Of a DNA stretch of 64,000 nt, positions 11,143-24,209 are shown in pieces. The stretch's first letter is position 1, and each line of letters starts with the position of its first letter. The stretch spans positions 1,426,001-1,490,000 of the forward strand of contig CDRNST010000250.1 in the NCBI GenBank assembly GCA_977016875.1, written 5' to 3'. A program made the position numbers and the translations under genes. Source of the stretch: Pavona decussata (taxonomy: Eukaryota). The notes beneath the pieces were generated by a model, which saw only the letters and a program-made list of their open reading frames with translations, did no database searches and had not been told where the DNA came from.

Positions 11143-12989
11143 GATTGAATGGTGTCAGTGTCGCACACGCAATCTTTAATGAAAAAGAAAAAACATACCA
11201 AGAAAGTAAAGGGAAACTGTTTTCATGAAGAAACATAATGAATAGGAAAAGAGCTGAAAAAATGCAATGCAAATATTTCATAAGTGATCTCATGAGCGTT
11301 CATGATAGAATTGATAGAAACATGTCTAAGCTTTTTAACTTAAAAGCAAGCTCATTTGACAACGGGTAGCGAATTTTCTAGGGGATAATGGTGCCACAAA
11401 GATAAAACTGACGTGTTTTTCTAAGCAGCTCAAATGGAAATTTCCTTGGTTTCCACGACGTGTTTGTGAATTTGCCTTTTTACCGTATAGTGTGTAAAGA
11501 GAAATGTCAAAATTCGGAGATTAATTGTTAAGAAAGGCTTGTTTAATTTCACCTGCGTTAGCACCAAGCTTTACCCTCCACAAAGTCTTACATAGATGGA
11601 CATCTCTCTAACTCAAATAACTATTTCACTGGATTTGAACAATCGTAAACCGGTCTTGTCAATTGTGGTGTGAGGCTTGAGCATTTCATAAGGTGCTTTA
11701 TAATTTGGGACGTTTCTTCTAAATATTTGGTTCACTATCAAATTACCGCAGGTTTATTTTTCACGTTTCTTCAATTTAGGAAACCTTTTGTTTACCATTC
11801 TCAAGGGACGTGCCATACGATAAATATTCGTGGAGAACATTTTGTGTTGATCATGTGCTCCACAGGCACAAATTTTAAACACCCCATGTATTCTGGGCCA
11901 CAACCAAACATTTTTCCTGTGTTATCCTTTTGTTAACGTTGCTTACAGACTAGAATTATTTCCGTAGGAGGAATATTCACTGAGTTATGAATTGTTTTGA
12001 ACATTTTGTGTTGGATTAGAGTAATTCATTCGCAACGCATATTGACGATGGGCGTTGAACGCTTAAATATTACGGTCCACAACAAAACATTTCTTATCCT
12101 GTTTTCTCCTTTTGCACGGTTTTATTTAGAGAGTATAATTATTTCTGTACGACGAATATTTACAGAGTAGTGAATTTTCAAATATTTTTAATCCGAGCGA
12201 CCAAATTTCACGCGTGAAAGCATTATCACGTGGTGGACGACGCGCAAGCCGTTTCAAATTATTTCTTTTTTTCGTGCAACAATCGTTTATCTTATTTCCT
12301 TCTTCTACGAATTTGAAACTTTACACAAATACATTAATCGTTTCGATAGGACAAATACACTTGGAAAACTTCATTTTTTCATCCACGACTATTTAATTTA
12401 TAGTCTCAAACGTCATAGGAATTCAGCGTTGTGATCTCGCAGGTTCGACAAGGACAAGTTGTTCAAAATATTTTCCGCTGACAAGTAGTTTGCTTCATAT
12501 GTGCTAAAAATTGATATAACCTCAGAACGGACGAGGAATTTCTAAGGTTATTACGTTCAAACGATAAGCAGACTTAGAAAAATGCTATTAAAAAGAAATT
12601 GTGGAACTCCCCTTTTAGGTTTGGCTAAATATATACTCATTAATTCATCTCATCCACAAAAATAATCTTGTGAGACTTTGCCAAGAATTTCATGAGCTAC
12701 TTTAACACGTTTTCCTCTAAATATTTTACAGTCGACCAGCAAATTATCTCAGCCGTTCTGACCGTTCTCATGTCCTCTACCCAACTCCTAAAGCGTTCAC
12801 CTTAATCCGCCAGCGCTAAGGTTGACTTTCACTCGCTTTCATCAACTCCCATACCTTTTCTTCGCTTTCGTCAACCTTCGTCTACTTTGGCAATCCTCAT
12901 GCGTTCTGTCTGTCATTTACTTTCCATAACTTTTTAAGCGCTTTCATCTGAACTCTGATGCGCTATATATCGCGTATTGGGCTCTATTT

Positions 12990-13600
12990 TGGAAGGATCG
13001 GTCGTGAAATGGTCCACCGATAATCAATCCGCAGCCAGAACAATCCAGGTCGGAAGCATGAAATTTGATCTGCACAGATTAGCTACCAAAATTTAACTTT
13101 CCAGCTCTGTGCAAGCCATCAAATCCAGCTCGATATTCAGTGGGTGCCCGGCACTGATAATGAGAAGGCAGATCATATTACCTGTCTTATAGACATTGAT
13201 GATTGGCAATTGACTGTAGAGTTCTTTTAACTCGTCGATCGTCTCTGGGGACCCACATAATTGATTGTTTTGCCAACATCTACAATGCCAAACTGCCCAG
13301 GTACTTTTCGCCTTACGAGAACCCAGGTGCCTTAGGTATCGATTTTTTCGTGCAAAATCTCCAATCGGAAAATTGTTTAGTTGTTCCTCCGGTGGGACTC
13401 ATTGCTAGAGCCCTGCACTATTGGTGTTCAAGAAGCTAATGCCAGTGTGGTGGTTCCGTTTTGGCCTTTGATAACCAACAGGTACAGGTAGTTCATCAAA
13501 GCTTCAGCTAAAAGCTTAATGGTTCAAGAAATTTTAATTCTCTTTTGGGGTCTGTTCGTTTTAAAGGCAGTTTTGTCGGTATAAGGTGCGAGTTTACTTA
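12990..13600 (+). mobile_element. Decayed DIRS/Ngaro-type (tyrosine-recombinase retrotransposon) RNase H plus methyltransferase-like fragment
   Basis: Across frameshifts: VKWSTDNQSAA..IQVGSMK.DLH, IQWVP..DNEKADHI, DDWQL, WG(P)H.IDCFAN.YNAKLPRYFS, NCLVVPPV. Confidence 0.7.
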
Positions 13601-13869
13601 ACATTGTCCCAAAGAACGAGCTTGAGTCTCATCGACTGGTTGATGTCAAACACCAGGCTGCCTGTTCTGTTTGGTCTCCCGCTGGAGTATAACACCACAA
13701 GAATGAGACACAGTCTATGATAAATGAGGAATTGGCGCTGGCCAAGCATGAATCAAAAGGCGCGAATGATAAATACTTGCTATTAAACAAGACACATTTT
13801 TGAGAGGCTTTAAAATATCTTTTGTGTGTCTGTTTCGTTATTGTTCTCAATAAGTCGTTTGTATGGTGC

Positions 13870-14410
13870 AAGTAGTTGTAGGCAACAGCAGAAATTTAAG
13901 CGTACAACTGACTGAACACAAACGAGCAACTAGAAATGATGATATCAACAATCACATTGCTGAGCACCATTTACAAACGAACCACAGAATCGACTGGGAC
14001 TCTACCAAGTGCATTACCTACAGTACAAATTACTATCAACGACTCACTGTTTACCAACTTAGAACAAACGCCACTCAACCATTGCCTACAACTACCTGCA
14101 CCATACAAACGACTTATTGACAACAACAACGAAACAGACACACAATAGACATTTTACTAACAATAGACCCACAGATTTTTTTGACTAACAAAAGACGGAT
14201 CGAAACGCACCAATCACTTTTTACAGTCTTCACAGCCTATAACATCACGGCTTACTGACAAACGACCAATAACATCTCGACTTCGTTGACCAATCAGGTT
14301 TACAAACAGAGACATATATACCACCCACTGATGTTTCACAATTCACTTTACTCTAAAGATGACTTCCGCTCAGGTTGTCGAAACGTCAGTCAAAGTCATC
14401 ACAAACAGTC
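13870..14410 (+). mobile_element. Penelope-like element 3' fragment (GIY-YIG C-terminal part plus pLTR)
   Basis: RNLS..LTEHKRATRN.DINNHIAEHHLQTNHRIDWDS.KC...LEQTPLN...LPAPYKRLI, followed by a hammerhead-like tail at 14349-14391. Confidence 0.8.
14349..14391 (+). ncRNA. Degenerate minimal hammerhead ribozyme motif
   Basis: act-CTAAAGA-tgac..gtc-GAAA-cgTC-agt; the CUGANGA core carries a G>A change. Confidence 0.5.
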
Positions 14411-16494
14411 AAGGTTTTTTTGGTTTGTTGGCTGGTTGGGTAGTCAGTTTGCTTTTCCAGTGGTCGTTCAGTTACTTAGTTCTTTGTAATCAGTTCCAAT
14501 TTTCTTAGCATGCCTGACATTTTTTAATGCATCATTCACAAGAGTTGATTGGCGATAATGTTGAACTTAGCAGTGACTTCAAAGACCTACAAAAAATATT
14601 GTCATTGCATAGAACAACTAGGATTATTACAAATTAGGGCAACGTGTTATTGGAGTTTGCAATAGGAATGTGACTACAAAGACGACAGTTACAAGAGTTG
14701 ATTGATGATAATAATGGACAAACCAGTCATTTCCATGAGCTTCAATAAATATGTCATGTGTTATGTCAACAACTCGGATTATTACAAATTATGGTGATGT
14801 GTTATTAGAATTTGCGATAGGTATGTTAGTACAAAAATGACAACCATATTACATATTACAACAGGTCATTGCAATTCATAGCCAATGTTTTGTAGGTGAA
14901 TCATTGAGTCGAAGAAACCATTTTACTGTATGATTTCTTTGCACTGTATACTACCATGAGTCTTTTATCAACATACCTTTGGAAGAAACGATTCAGGACC
15001 TGTCTAAGAAAGCACTGACAGACAAAATTAGAGGAAGGCCTTGTGGTAGCTTAGCATCAGTTTAAATTTACTCTCCATTTATATACCTTATTTCTCGATT
15101 TAAAATCGAGGGCTTCTTAGAGGTAGCTTAGATGCATACCATTCAAACAGATAAAATGCAATGGCCAATGAAGCACTGGTTTCCATGAGGCGACCACAAT
15201 TGCTTTCCATTTAACAAAACATGGAAAACATGGAATGATAAAAACAGTTCATAAGAAGAATTCTTTGAATTCCACCTGCTTCTCTCATACGCTTGCAAAT
15301 GACTTTCAACCTGCATAAATTTTCTCCACAGATCGATGGGACGTCAAACTCTAGGCTCTGCAGATCTTCAAATAGTATACCCTTTCAATGAATTCGAACA
15401 GCGAACTCTTCTCAATTGCCTTCTGAGACTTTCCTGAGAATTCCACGAGCTTTTTTCTTGATGTTTTCGTCCGTATGTTTGATAGTCTACAGCAAATTAT
15501 TTCAGGTCGTTGGCACGGTTTCAAAACGGAAGGTTTGTTTTATGGCCAATGTGACAACAAAATTTCCGAAGGCGTCCTCTGGAATAAGATTGTTATTGAA
15601 GTGCCAACCATTTTTACCGTTTTCTATTATTTTCAGATAACGAGAGAGAACGGATCTATATAAGTATACCCATTTAAATGACCTTTGTTCCATTGCGTAT
15701 TTTTAGATTTTATGTTTAGTACTGAATTTCATGCGCCCGACTTAGGCTGTTTGATGTTTAATGAGTAGAACTCTAGAATAAACCAGTTTATATGATACAA
15801 AAAGCACAAAATATCAAGGCGAATGGCTGAGAAGTCAAAAGAATATTCGGAAAGACAATCCACTCAATATCTACTCTCTAAAATTTCCACGATGAAAACC
15901 TTTGCGTATGTGCTGTTTGCGTGGCGTGAAACCAATATTCAGATATTTGGTAGCAAATATCACGGCGTATTAAACTTAACATTTTGTGTTATTGAAATGC
16001 CTTAAACTAAAACAAGTAGAGAGAAAACGGATTAAATTACCTGATCTATAAAGTGATACAACTGTAGTCCACTGCTGTTGTTGAACTAACCACAGCTACA
16101 AACAGGCTTATTTATCAGATAGATGAGATACGTCATACGTGAACAGATGCCTTTGGAAATGATTAATTAATCCAAGTTTGCTTCAAGGCATCGACATCAT
16201 GTTAAAACACATTTTGTCAATCTATCTTTAAAAGCCACTAAAACTAGTTTTCAATCCTTTATAAAAAACATTTTGAAGAGCTTAGAGTTTTTAAATTTTG
16301 ATTTTATTTTTAAATTAAGGCCATTAGCTGGAAGGCAAACTAGGATTACTACTCTATACGTAGACATTTCGTTTTATTGGTCGAAAAACAATAACATTAG
16401 TAGTAATTTTGGTGCTCCACGGACATGATTGGCAAATGAATAAGATAACCCCCATCCGTATTTCCAATAATTTTTTTTGAAAACATTGCTTCTT

Positions 16495-16739
16495 TTAAAA
16501 AATTATTTGGAAATACAAATAAAGTTACACTGGTGGATTAAAAGCGTTCCCGACGTTTCGGTCGCAATAACGGTCCTTCTTCAGGGGAAGTGAAAAAAAA
16601 ATTATGCAGAAGCACAGTTATAAACAAGACGCTGATTAAAATTCAGGATATGTATTGGGAACATTTTTATTGTAAAAAATTTCAGAACGCTTTTAATCCA
16701 CCAGTGTAACTTTATTTGTATTTCCAAATAATTTTTTAA
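16495..16739 (-). mobile_element. Short Penelope-like insertion with 55-bp inverted ends
   Basis: 16495-16549 is the reverse complement of 16685-16739; the insert encloses a hammerhead motif. Confidence 0.6.
16547..16589 (-). ncRNA. Minimal type I hammerhead ribozyme
   Basis: Minus strand reads UUCCC-CUGAAGA-aggaccguuauugcgacc-GAAA-cg-UC-GGGAA: intact core, perfect 5-bp stem I, imperfect stem II. Confidence 0.65.
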
Positions 16740-16959
16740 TGTACCCACCTGGTGACAAACCCAGCTTCCATTGCTTCTTTTAACAAGGACACACTTTACT
16801 CCTTTGTTCAATTTTGATTATCAAATCGAATGGTGCTCTTCCTTTGTCAATGTGACCAAAGATGAGATTTAAATAAATTTGTTAACTGTTTCAGCGCAAC
16901 TAGGAGTAAAAACAGTTGTTGATGACCTGCCTTTAATTTAAATTTTTTAATTTGTACCG

Positions 16960-17152
16960 TTGGCTTTTGAGAGAATATGCAAATGGGAATGGACAGCGAC
17001 AGTAAACATCAGTATTCCGGGGGAAATGGAAAGTCTATAACTACTGAGCTCGTAAGAGACAACGTGCTCTATTTAATGGAGTATGACGTCAGTATTCCAG
17101 CTGATTCCAAAGATAGCGCTGACTGTGAAAACCATCAAGGTGACTCGCTTCT
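16960..17152 (-). pseudogene. Relic of GPCR exon 4
   Basis: KRVTLMVFTVSAIFGISWNTDVILH* followed by decayed TM7 sequence; nucleotide match to ~19260-19440. Confidence 0.75.
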
Positions 17153-19098
17153 GCAGCAGGGAACATTTCCGGCTTGTAGGTTGAAGAAGTGTTGATTGAT
17201 CCTATAAAATATACAATTTTAACATTAGCGCAAAAATATCACTGACAAATGTATAGCAAACTATATCTAGTAGTAAATCATAGTACCTTTAGCTCACAAT
17301 TAATTCAAGTTTGTTAATATATGCTTTTCCCGCACAGTCATAAGCCGTTCAAAAATATCTCCGTATTATTATTATTGTCGTTAACAAATACTCACCGAGG
17401 TCGAGGTAGAAGGCGGCGAATTTCTATAATTACTCAACGACAGTGAGGTGAACATTTGTTTTAGTATACACCAAACCAGTGGATAGCGAGGCCCGATTAG
17501 ACGCTTCATTTGTGACAAATTGGGAAATGTTCGCGCTCGACATATAGGATAGTGAGGGAGGGTCAACAAGAAATACTATCCGGAGTTCGAATAAGCCATT
17601 AGAGTATCCAGTGCATGGTTTGGTCTATACCAACAAAGAAAAAATGGTGCTTTCTCGCTCACTAGGTCAGCTTACTATTTGACGCTTTAAATTATCAAGA
17701 GACATACTGAAATTCACTCTACTATTTATTTTATTTCCTTGTCTTTTGATAAACACTTTTTATTTTCAGTTAAATAGCTCAGTAGCATAAATTAACATAT
17801 ACTTATCGATTTGACCATCTTTGCCCTGAAAACCCTTGTTTGTATTGCATGAATAAATTAAAGATCAAACATGGTCATGTGCACTTAACCTGAACATGGA
17901 ATATCCTCATTACTCTTGTTGCAGTAAATTTTATGTTTAAGCTCACGTGTATTTGACTGCTTTTCGTTCACTTTTGGCACTTCCTGAAGTTTTGGGGAAA
18001 ATCTAGAAATTCAAGATGGCGGATCCAAGATGGTTGCCATTGGCAACTATGATGTTATTACGTCGATATTGTGACGTCTCGTTGCCGACCTCAAAGGAAA
18101 CATATTTATTTCCCAAGGGTCATTGTCAAAGCTTTGATAGTCGGGGAGTTACGGTCCCGCAAGACGAAAAAAGCCCTGTCAAAACAGGACTCACGTTGAG
18201 GAAATATTTTTGGGGGTAGTCTTAGGAATTAACGCTATATGGACACGGAATGCTGGAGCTCATGGAGTCTGTTTTAATAGGAGCTGACTGCTCTTCTGAT
18301 TGTGCATTTAAGATGTCATGAAACACACTCCTGCAACACTAAGGCGTGTAATTGGTCATTGCAATAGTTTGCCAGAAAATCAAGTAGGCCATTACTGGAT
18401 ATTCATTGATTAGTAGGAGTTAGATCTATCACACTAACTTTATTTGTCACAATTGCACAGTTTTATGGTATTACACGAAGCTAGTGTTATAGATTTGAAA
18501 GTTCTGAATCAAAGTGACACATCTTAGGTAACTTGTTTATACTGTTTGGTTTCAGCTCCCTTTCATCAATTGTACATTTTCACTCTTTTTAAATAGAACT
18601 TTGTTGAAAACACATGTAGTGCAACTTTAAAACTTCAGTTAATTGAAGATCGTCCTTACTTAGCTTAAGGCAAACGTTTTATAGGAACCTGCATTAGAAT
18701 AGCAACCGTAATTCAACACAGCATTTGAAAAAATTAAGGATATAAAACATATTTCAGGACATTACCATAGAAACAATTGAAAACAACATGAATGGTTTAA
18801 TATAAAAGCCACGGTTTAAAATCTCCAACGTTTACAGAGCTTTGTGTGACTTGGCGTATGGATGTACTCCGGTTCACTCAAAAGTCCACTTTAAGAATTA
18901 TTTTTCATTCTCGAGGAAAACAACGCCGTAAGGAAAAAAATTCGGACGATCACAAAGAAAAATGCGCTCTTTGTGATGTAAAAATTATTCAAAGCTGTAT
19001 AAATTGTCGGCTGCCATTTTGGAAAAGGGTTATTGAGGCAAAACCTTATATACACAAAATAGTGCCAAGGGGGGTAGGCGTAATTTTTCTCAAGCATA

Positions 19099-22000
19099 TC
19101 ACTCTTTGGAATTTGTCAAAGCTTTGCCAGTAGATCGACCGGAGATGTAGTTGGTCATCTCGATGCCTGGTGGTTTCCTTGAGGGAAGAACTCTTGCAGC
19201 AGATGAACACGAACAGCAACATAATAGCATCTTTATCTTTTTCCTGAATCGTTGGCTTATGAGAGCATATGCAAAGGGATTGACAGCGGTGTTAAACATC
19301 AGCATTGTGTGAGTAATGGGAATTGCATAAGGACTGAGCTTGTAATTGCCAAAGAGCTCTATGGAATGGAGTATGATGTCAGTATTCCAGCAGATTCCAA
19401 AGATAGCGCTGCCTGTGAAAACCATCAAGGTGACTCGCTTCCGTACCTTTAAAACACCCTGTGTAAAGACAGATACCATTCAAAATGGTAATACTTGTGC
19501 AAGAGCCTTTTTCAGTATACAACAGACCTTGAAAGTTGAGGTTTATAGTTCCTATTAAATTAAGGTAGCTACGTTAAGAAAATAGAAACGGTATTCCGAC
19601 AAATTCATATGGCATCCGACGTGGAACGGTAGTTCCGTAAATAGTATTGCTTTTAACTCTTGAATTTCTCAAAAGCAATTTGAATTTATCAAATTCATAT
19701 GGCATCCGACGTGGAACGGTAGCTCCGTAAATAGTATTGCTTTTAGCTCTTGAGTTTCTCAAAAGCAATTTGAATTTATCAAAAGCAATATTATTAGAAT
19801 GACATGCGGTGGATTATACTTTACCTTCGGGAGAAATACAAACTTCCCTAAAAAGGTCAACATTTACTATGCTGAGAAGCCCACCGTTTAAGCAAGAGCT
19901 TCTTTCAAGTGTTTTCTTAGCAACGTAATACGGTCCTCAGTCTTTTGGCGGTTGTTTTAGGTCATTATTATTTAAATGTATTTAGTTGCAAAGCTAAAAG
20001 AGTCCTCGGGACACAAACAAACAGGCCTGGAAGTTTTGAAATAAGAGAAGACAGGCAAGCAAGACAGAGGGAACGAAAGCAAACGAGGAAGCACATAAGT
20101 AAGTAGGAAGCAGAAAAATTACAGCAGTATTCGCTTCATGTAGATGATTGAAAAATTCGTCAAATTGAAAAAAAGTTATTTACATGAAGCCCTGACTCGT
20201 CCCCAGTCGTCTCTCGTCCTCCCAGTCTACGAGAGTAGCGCGGCCGAAGGGAGCGCGAGGGGATCACCCATCGCGCTCCCTTCGGTCACGCTTTTCGCAT
20301 TCTGTCCCCAGCGTGCGAGACGATTGGGGACGAGAAGCATTAAGCGGTCGTTCAATCGAAAGGTTTTTGTTTTTTGTTGGAATTTAAATGCACTGTTTTA
20401 TTCAGTGCTTGTGAACACGACGCAACTTGAAGAGTGGATATTACCTGTTGCTGACATGACTGTACATTCTGATCATGCCGTTTGAACCACAAAGTATGCA
20501 CGACTCGGGTGTATAAGCCAATCATTAGCGCAGAGGAAATAAAAGTGTAGAGCAACCACACCATAAGGTTAGCCTTGTGCATCCACTGCTCAGGATACAG
20601 GCAAAATTTGTTATCCTTTACATATGTCACTCTAGAAAACTGCGGGATATTCAGGACCAACGAGAAGAACCAAGAACCAAGAATAATCATCTAAATGAGA
20701 AAAAGAGCGCATAATTAAATTCATTACTTTCGATTGAGAATCGTAAAACCAAAACCAAAAACAGACAAAAATAGCGCAATGAATCAAAAAGCGTTTGAAG
20801 AAAATACATATAACCGGCGTCAAGCTCTGAAAAACAGGTGCGAGAAAGACACGATTGGTTTTAGTTTTGTTTCTCTTTGGTTGAAAAAGTGGCGCGGATT
20901 TTGCAAACGAATCACAGATTTTGCAAAGCAAAACCGCACCAAACACAAAATTACTTTTTCGACACTCAACTGAAAACTGCTCCAACCGTGGCGGTGGCAG
21001 CGCGGGCTTGTTGTAACGCCTTCAATGTTCAAGGACTCAACGCAGTCACAAGAGTTACAATTAATAAAGCCAGTTTTGTGCTGTTGTCATTCAGTTGACT
21101 GCTCAGTTTCTTTTTATTCAATACTTAGCAAGTGGGTGGTTGGTGTAAAAATTACAAGTTAGATTAAAAGTGATGCGACCTTGGAAATTTATAATTAGGC
21201 GAGTCGCAAACACATTTAGATGGCTGTAGTGACATACCTTGAGTTTGCGCATGGTTAGTTTTCCTTTGTTGGCATAGGGAAATAACACTGCAAAGTAGCG
21301 TTCAAATGCGATGGCGACCAGAGTGAAGATTGAAGAACCCGCTCCGATCCATTGGAAGGCGCCGTTTCTCAACACACATACCATTTTTCCAGTAAATCCA
21401 TCTGGGTGGGTGGCAATGCGTCTGTAAACCAGCTCCGTTATATGAAATGTCGCGTAACTGATGTCCCCCACTGCCAGATTGAGAAGCAGATAATTTATGG
21501 GAATTCTATAGGATTGAATGGTCAGACGTAGTGTCAAATAATACATAAATAGAAACAGAAATCCCTTTTAGGCGAATTCTTACTAAAACCGACAGGTGTT
21601 GTCCTCTCTGTCCTGCTGAGGTCGTTTATTTTTCATTCCTTTGTAAGATGGACACTTTTCTTCTTGACAACGAACCAAATGCAAGGTAAATTAATCCAGG
21701 GAAAGAAATGTTATAAAGTTAAAATAACTTGTTTGCCAAAGTAGGATATCGGTTGAACTTTATTTCTCAATATTTTTTACGCCAGTCATTAAAAAAAAGA
21801 CATTGTACTGCGATCTAGTGTTTCTTCTTAAATCAGTGTTTACCAACTTGGCTCTTTAGCCAGCCTGACTTTGGAAGATTCGATCCAGACCCTGGCTGAG
21901 AAAGTATTCGCTGACAGGGTTCGAAAGTATTGTGATAAGTTGTCACTGTGGATCTTATCAGCAATATTGTTTAGTTTTGGTATTCACATGTCCATGTACC

Positions 22001-22112
22001 TCATTTCCCGATGTTTCTTTATGATGGCACAGACCAGAGAGTTTCCAATGATACATGCTTTGATAAGTATGGACGTCGCTGTTGTTATGGCAATATCAGC
22101 TGATCCATACAT
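19099..22112 (-). CDS. Class A GPCR copy C, 4 exons, 328 aa
   Basis: Exons 22000-22112, 21238-21505, 20445-20690 and 19099-19458, all GT-AG and in frame. Motifs GN, NLAVGD, ERY, NPFAY. Confidence 0.9.
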
Positions 22113-23914
22113 GATTGAAGGGTGTCCGTGTCAGTCACGCAATCTTTAAGGAAAAAACGAAACATATCAAGAAAGAAAAGGGAAACTGTTTTCATGAAGA
22201 AACATGATGAAAAGGAAAAGAGCTAAAAAAATGCAATGCAAATATTTCATAAGTGATATCAAGAGCGTTTATGATATAATTAATAGAAACATGTCTAAGC
22301 CTTTTAACTTAAAAGCTAGGCCTTTTGCGTAAACTCGCTAATGGTGCCACAAAGATAAAACTGAAGTGTTTTTCTAAGCAGCTCAAATGGAAATTTCCTT
22401 GGTTTCCACGACGTGTTCGTGAATTTGCATTTTTACCGTATAGTGTGTTGAGAGAAATGTCAAAATTCGGAATTTAATTGTTAAGAAAAGCTTGTTTAAT
22501 TTTCACCAGTGCGCACTGGACGGCTCTCTAACTCAAATAACATTTCACTGGATCTGAACAATCCTAAACCGGTCTTGTCAATTGTCGTGTGAGGCTTTGG
22601 TGAGAATTTCATGAGATGCTTTGAGGTGTTTTCAGCAGCTGTTTACTATTAAATTTAGCCAGGTTGTTTTTCACGTTTTGAAAACTTATGCTTGCCATTT
22701 TCAAAGGACGTGTTTCGAATGATATTAAGACAATAGCTTTGAGACAATTGCATTGGAATAAAACCGTCATTTTCTCTTATCGATTAACTTGTGTTCTTTT
22801 TGACTCTTGTGTTCCCTCATCGGCTGCATTGTTCTCTCACCGACATTAATGCACTCTCTCACGTCATTTGACATTCGCTCTCAATAACATTCATTCACTC
22901 ACACATCGACTCTCGTGCTCTTCTATCAACTTTCATCAAGTTTCTCGTTCTCTCATAAACTCTCATGCGCTCTCACTTACTTTCATGGTGGTCATCAACT
23001 CCATATGCCCTCACGTCAACTTTCATACGTTCTCATCTATCAAAGGGAGCATCAGTTATCATCATCTTTCATACGCTCTTTCATGAACTCTCAAGCGCTC
23101 TCGCATCAATTTTCGGCATACCCTTTAATCGACTCTCATGCTCTTATATTAACGCTCTCCTGATTTCCTCTGCGCTTCACTTGACTCTCACTCGCTTTCA
23201 CCAACTCCCACACGCTTTTTCCTTTTTCGTCGACCTTCGTGCGTTCTCTGGACCCTATGCTCTCTCAAAGACTTACTTTAATGTTCTAAACTTTAAGCAC
23301 TTTCATCTGAACTCTGATGCGCCTATATCACATATCATGCACTATCAACGACTCCAATGTTCGCTCTTTCTCCCCCATACGCTCTTTTAAACGTTGACTT
23401 ACCTGGGAAATAAGGGGAGAAATTTCTAGTCCTTTACTCCGCTTAAAATGGGCATCAAAGAAGGGTGAAATAAATATACAAGACTGAGTTGTAATTACTG
23501 CTTCACAGGTGTTATTTAAGGATGCATTTTGCTCAGGTAAGGGTCGGTTTAAGATGTTGAATTTCTGTTTAATATGTTTGATTCGACCATTAACCCCACA
23601 AAACAATATTTGTATGTTGATATTCGTTTTCTTTCCATTCATTGGAGACTGTTGATGTTAATTACCCTCAGATCCAACAGTAAATATTTCAGTAAGAAGG
23701 TGCTTTTGAATATTACTCCGTTGACGTTAATTATTCTCACATCGAAATAGTACTGAAATAGTTCAGCAAAAAGGGGTTTGTTTTTAACCACATTTTAATG
23801 TTAAAACATCTTAACACTCATACGTATATCTCTCTATTAAGATAAAAATAACTGTTTCTTACCTGCACACTTTGATTGAAGTACAAGATAATGCCGACCT
23901 CTCTTGCTTGTCAG

Positions 23915-23937
23915 TATTTAACAATTATTCCACGAGC

Positions 23938-23995
<58 letters not shown>

Positions 23996-24209
23996 AATCA
24001 TCTCATATCAAACAAGTGCGAGTGGAATAATTGTTTTATTAAAAACAATCAAGAAATATTGCTAGATTTTCCGATTTCGGGCCGTAAGTACAAGTAGAAG
24101 ACAATTTAATAGTCGCTATTTCTCGGGGATGGTATAATGCCTCATATACCATGGCCTTTAAGCCAATCAAATCGCTCGAATTATATTATACAATGATCCA
24201 GTTTTTAAT
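23915..24209 (-). mobile_element. Duplicate of the 4463-4757 Crypton-like palindromic element
   Basis: Same flanks and arms (palindrome 23920-24035); the central 17-bp spacer is inverted. Confidence 0.6.
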
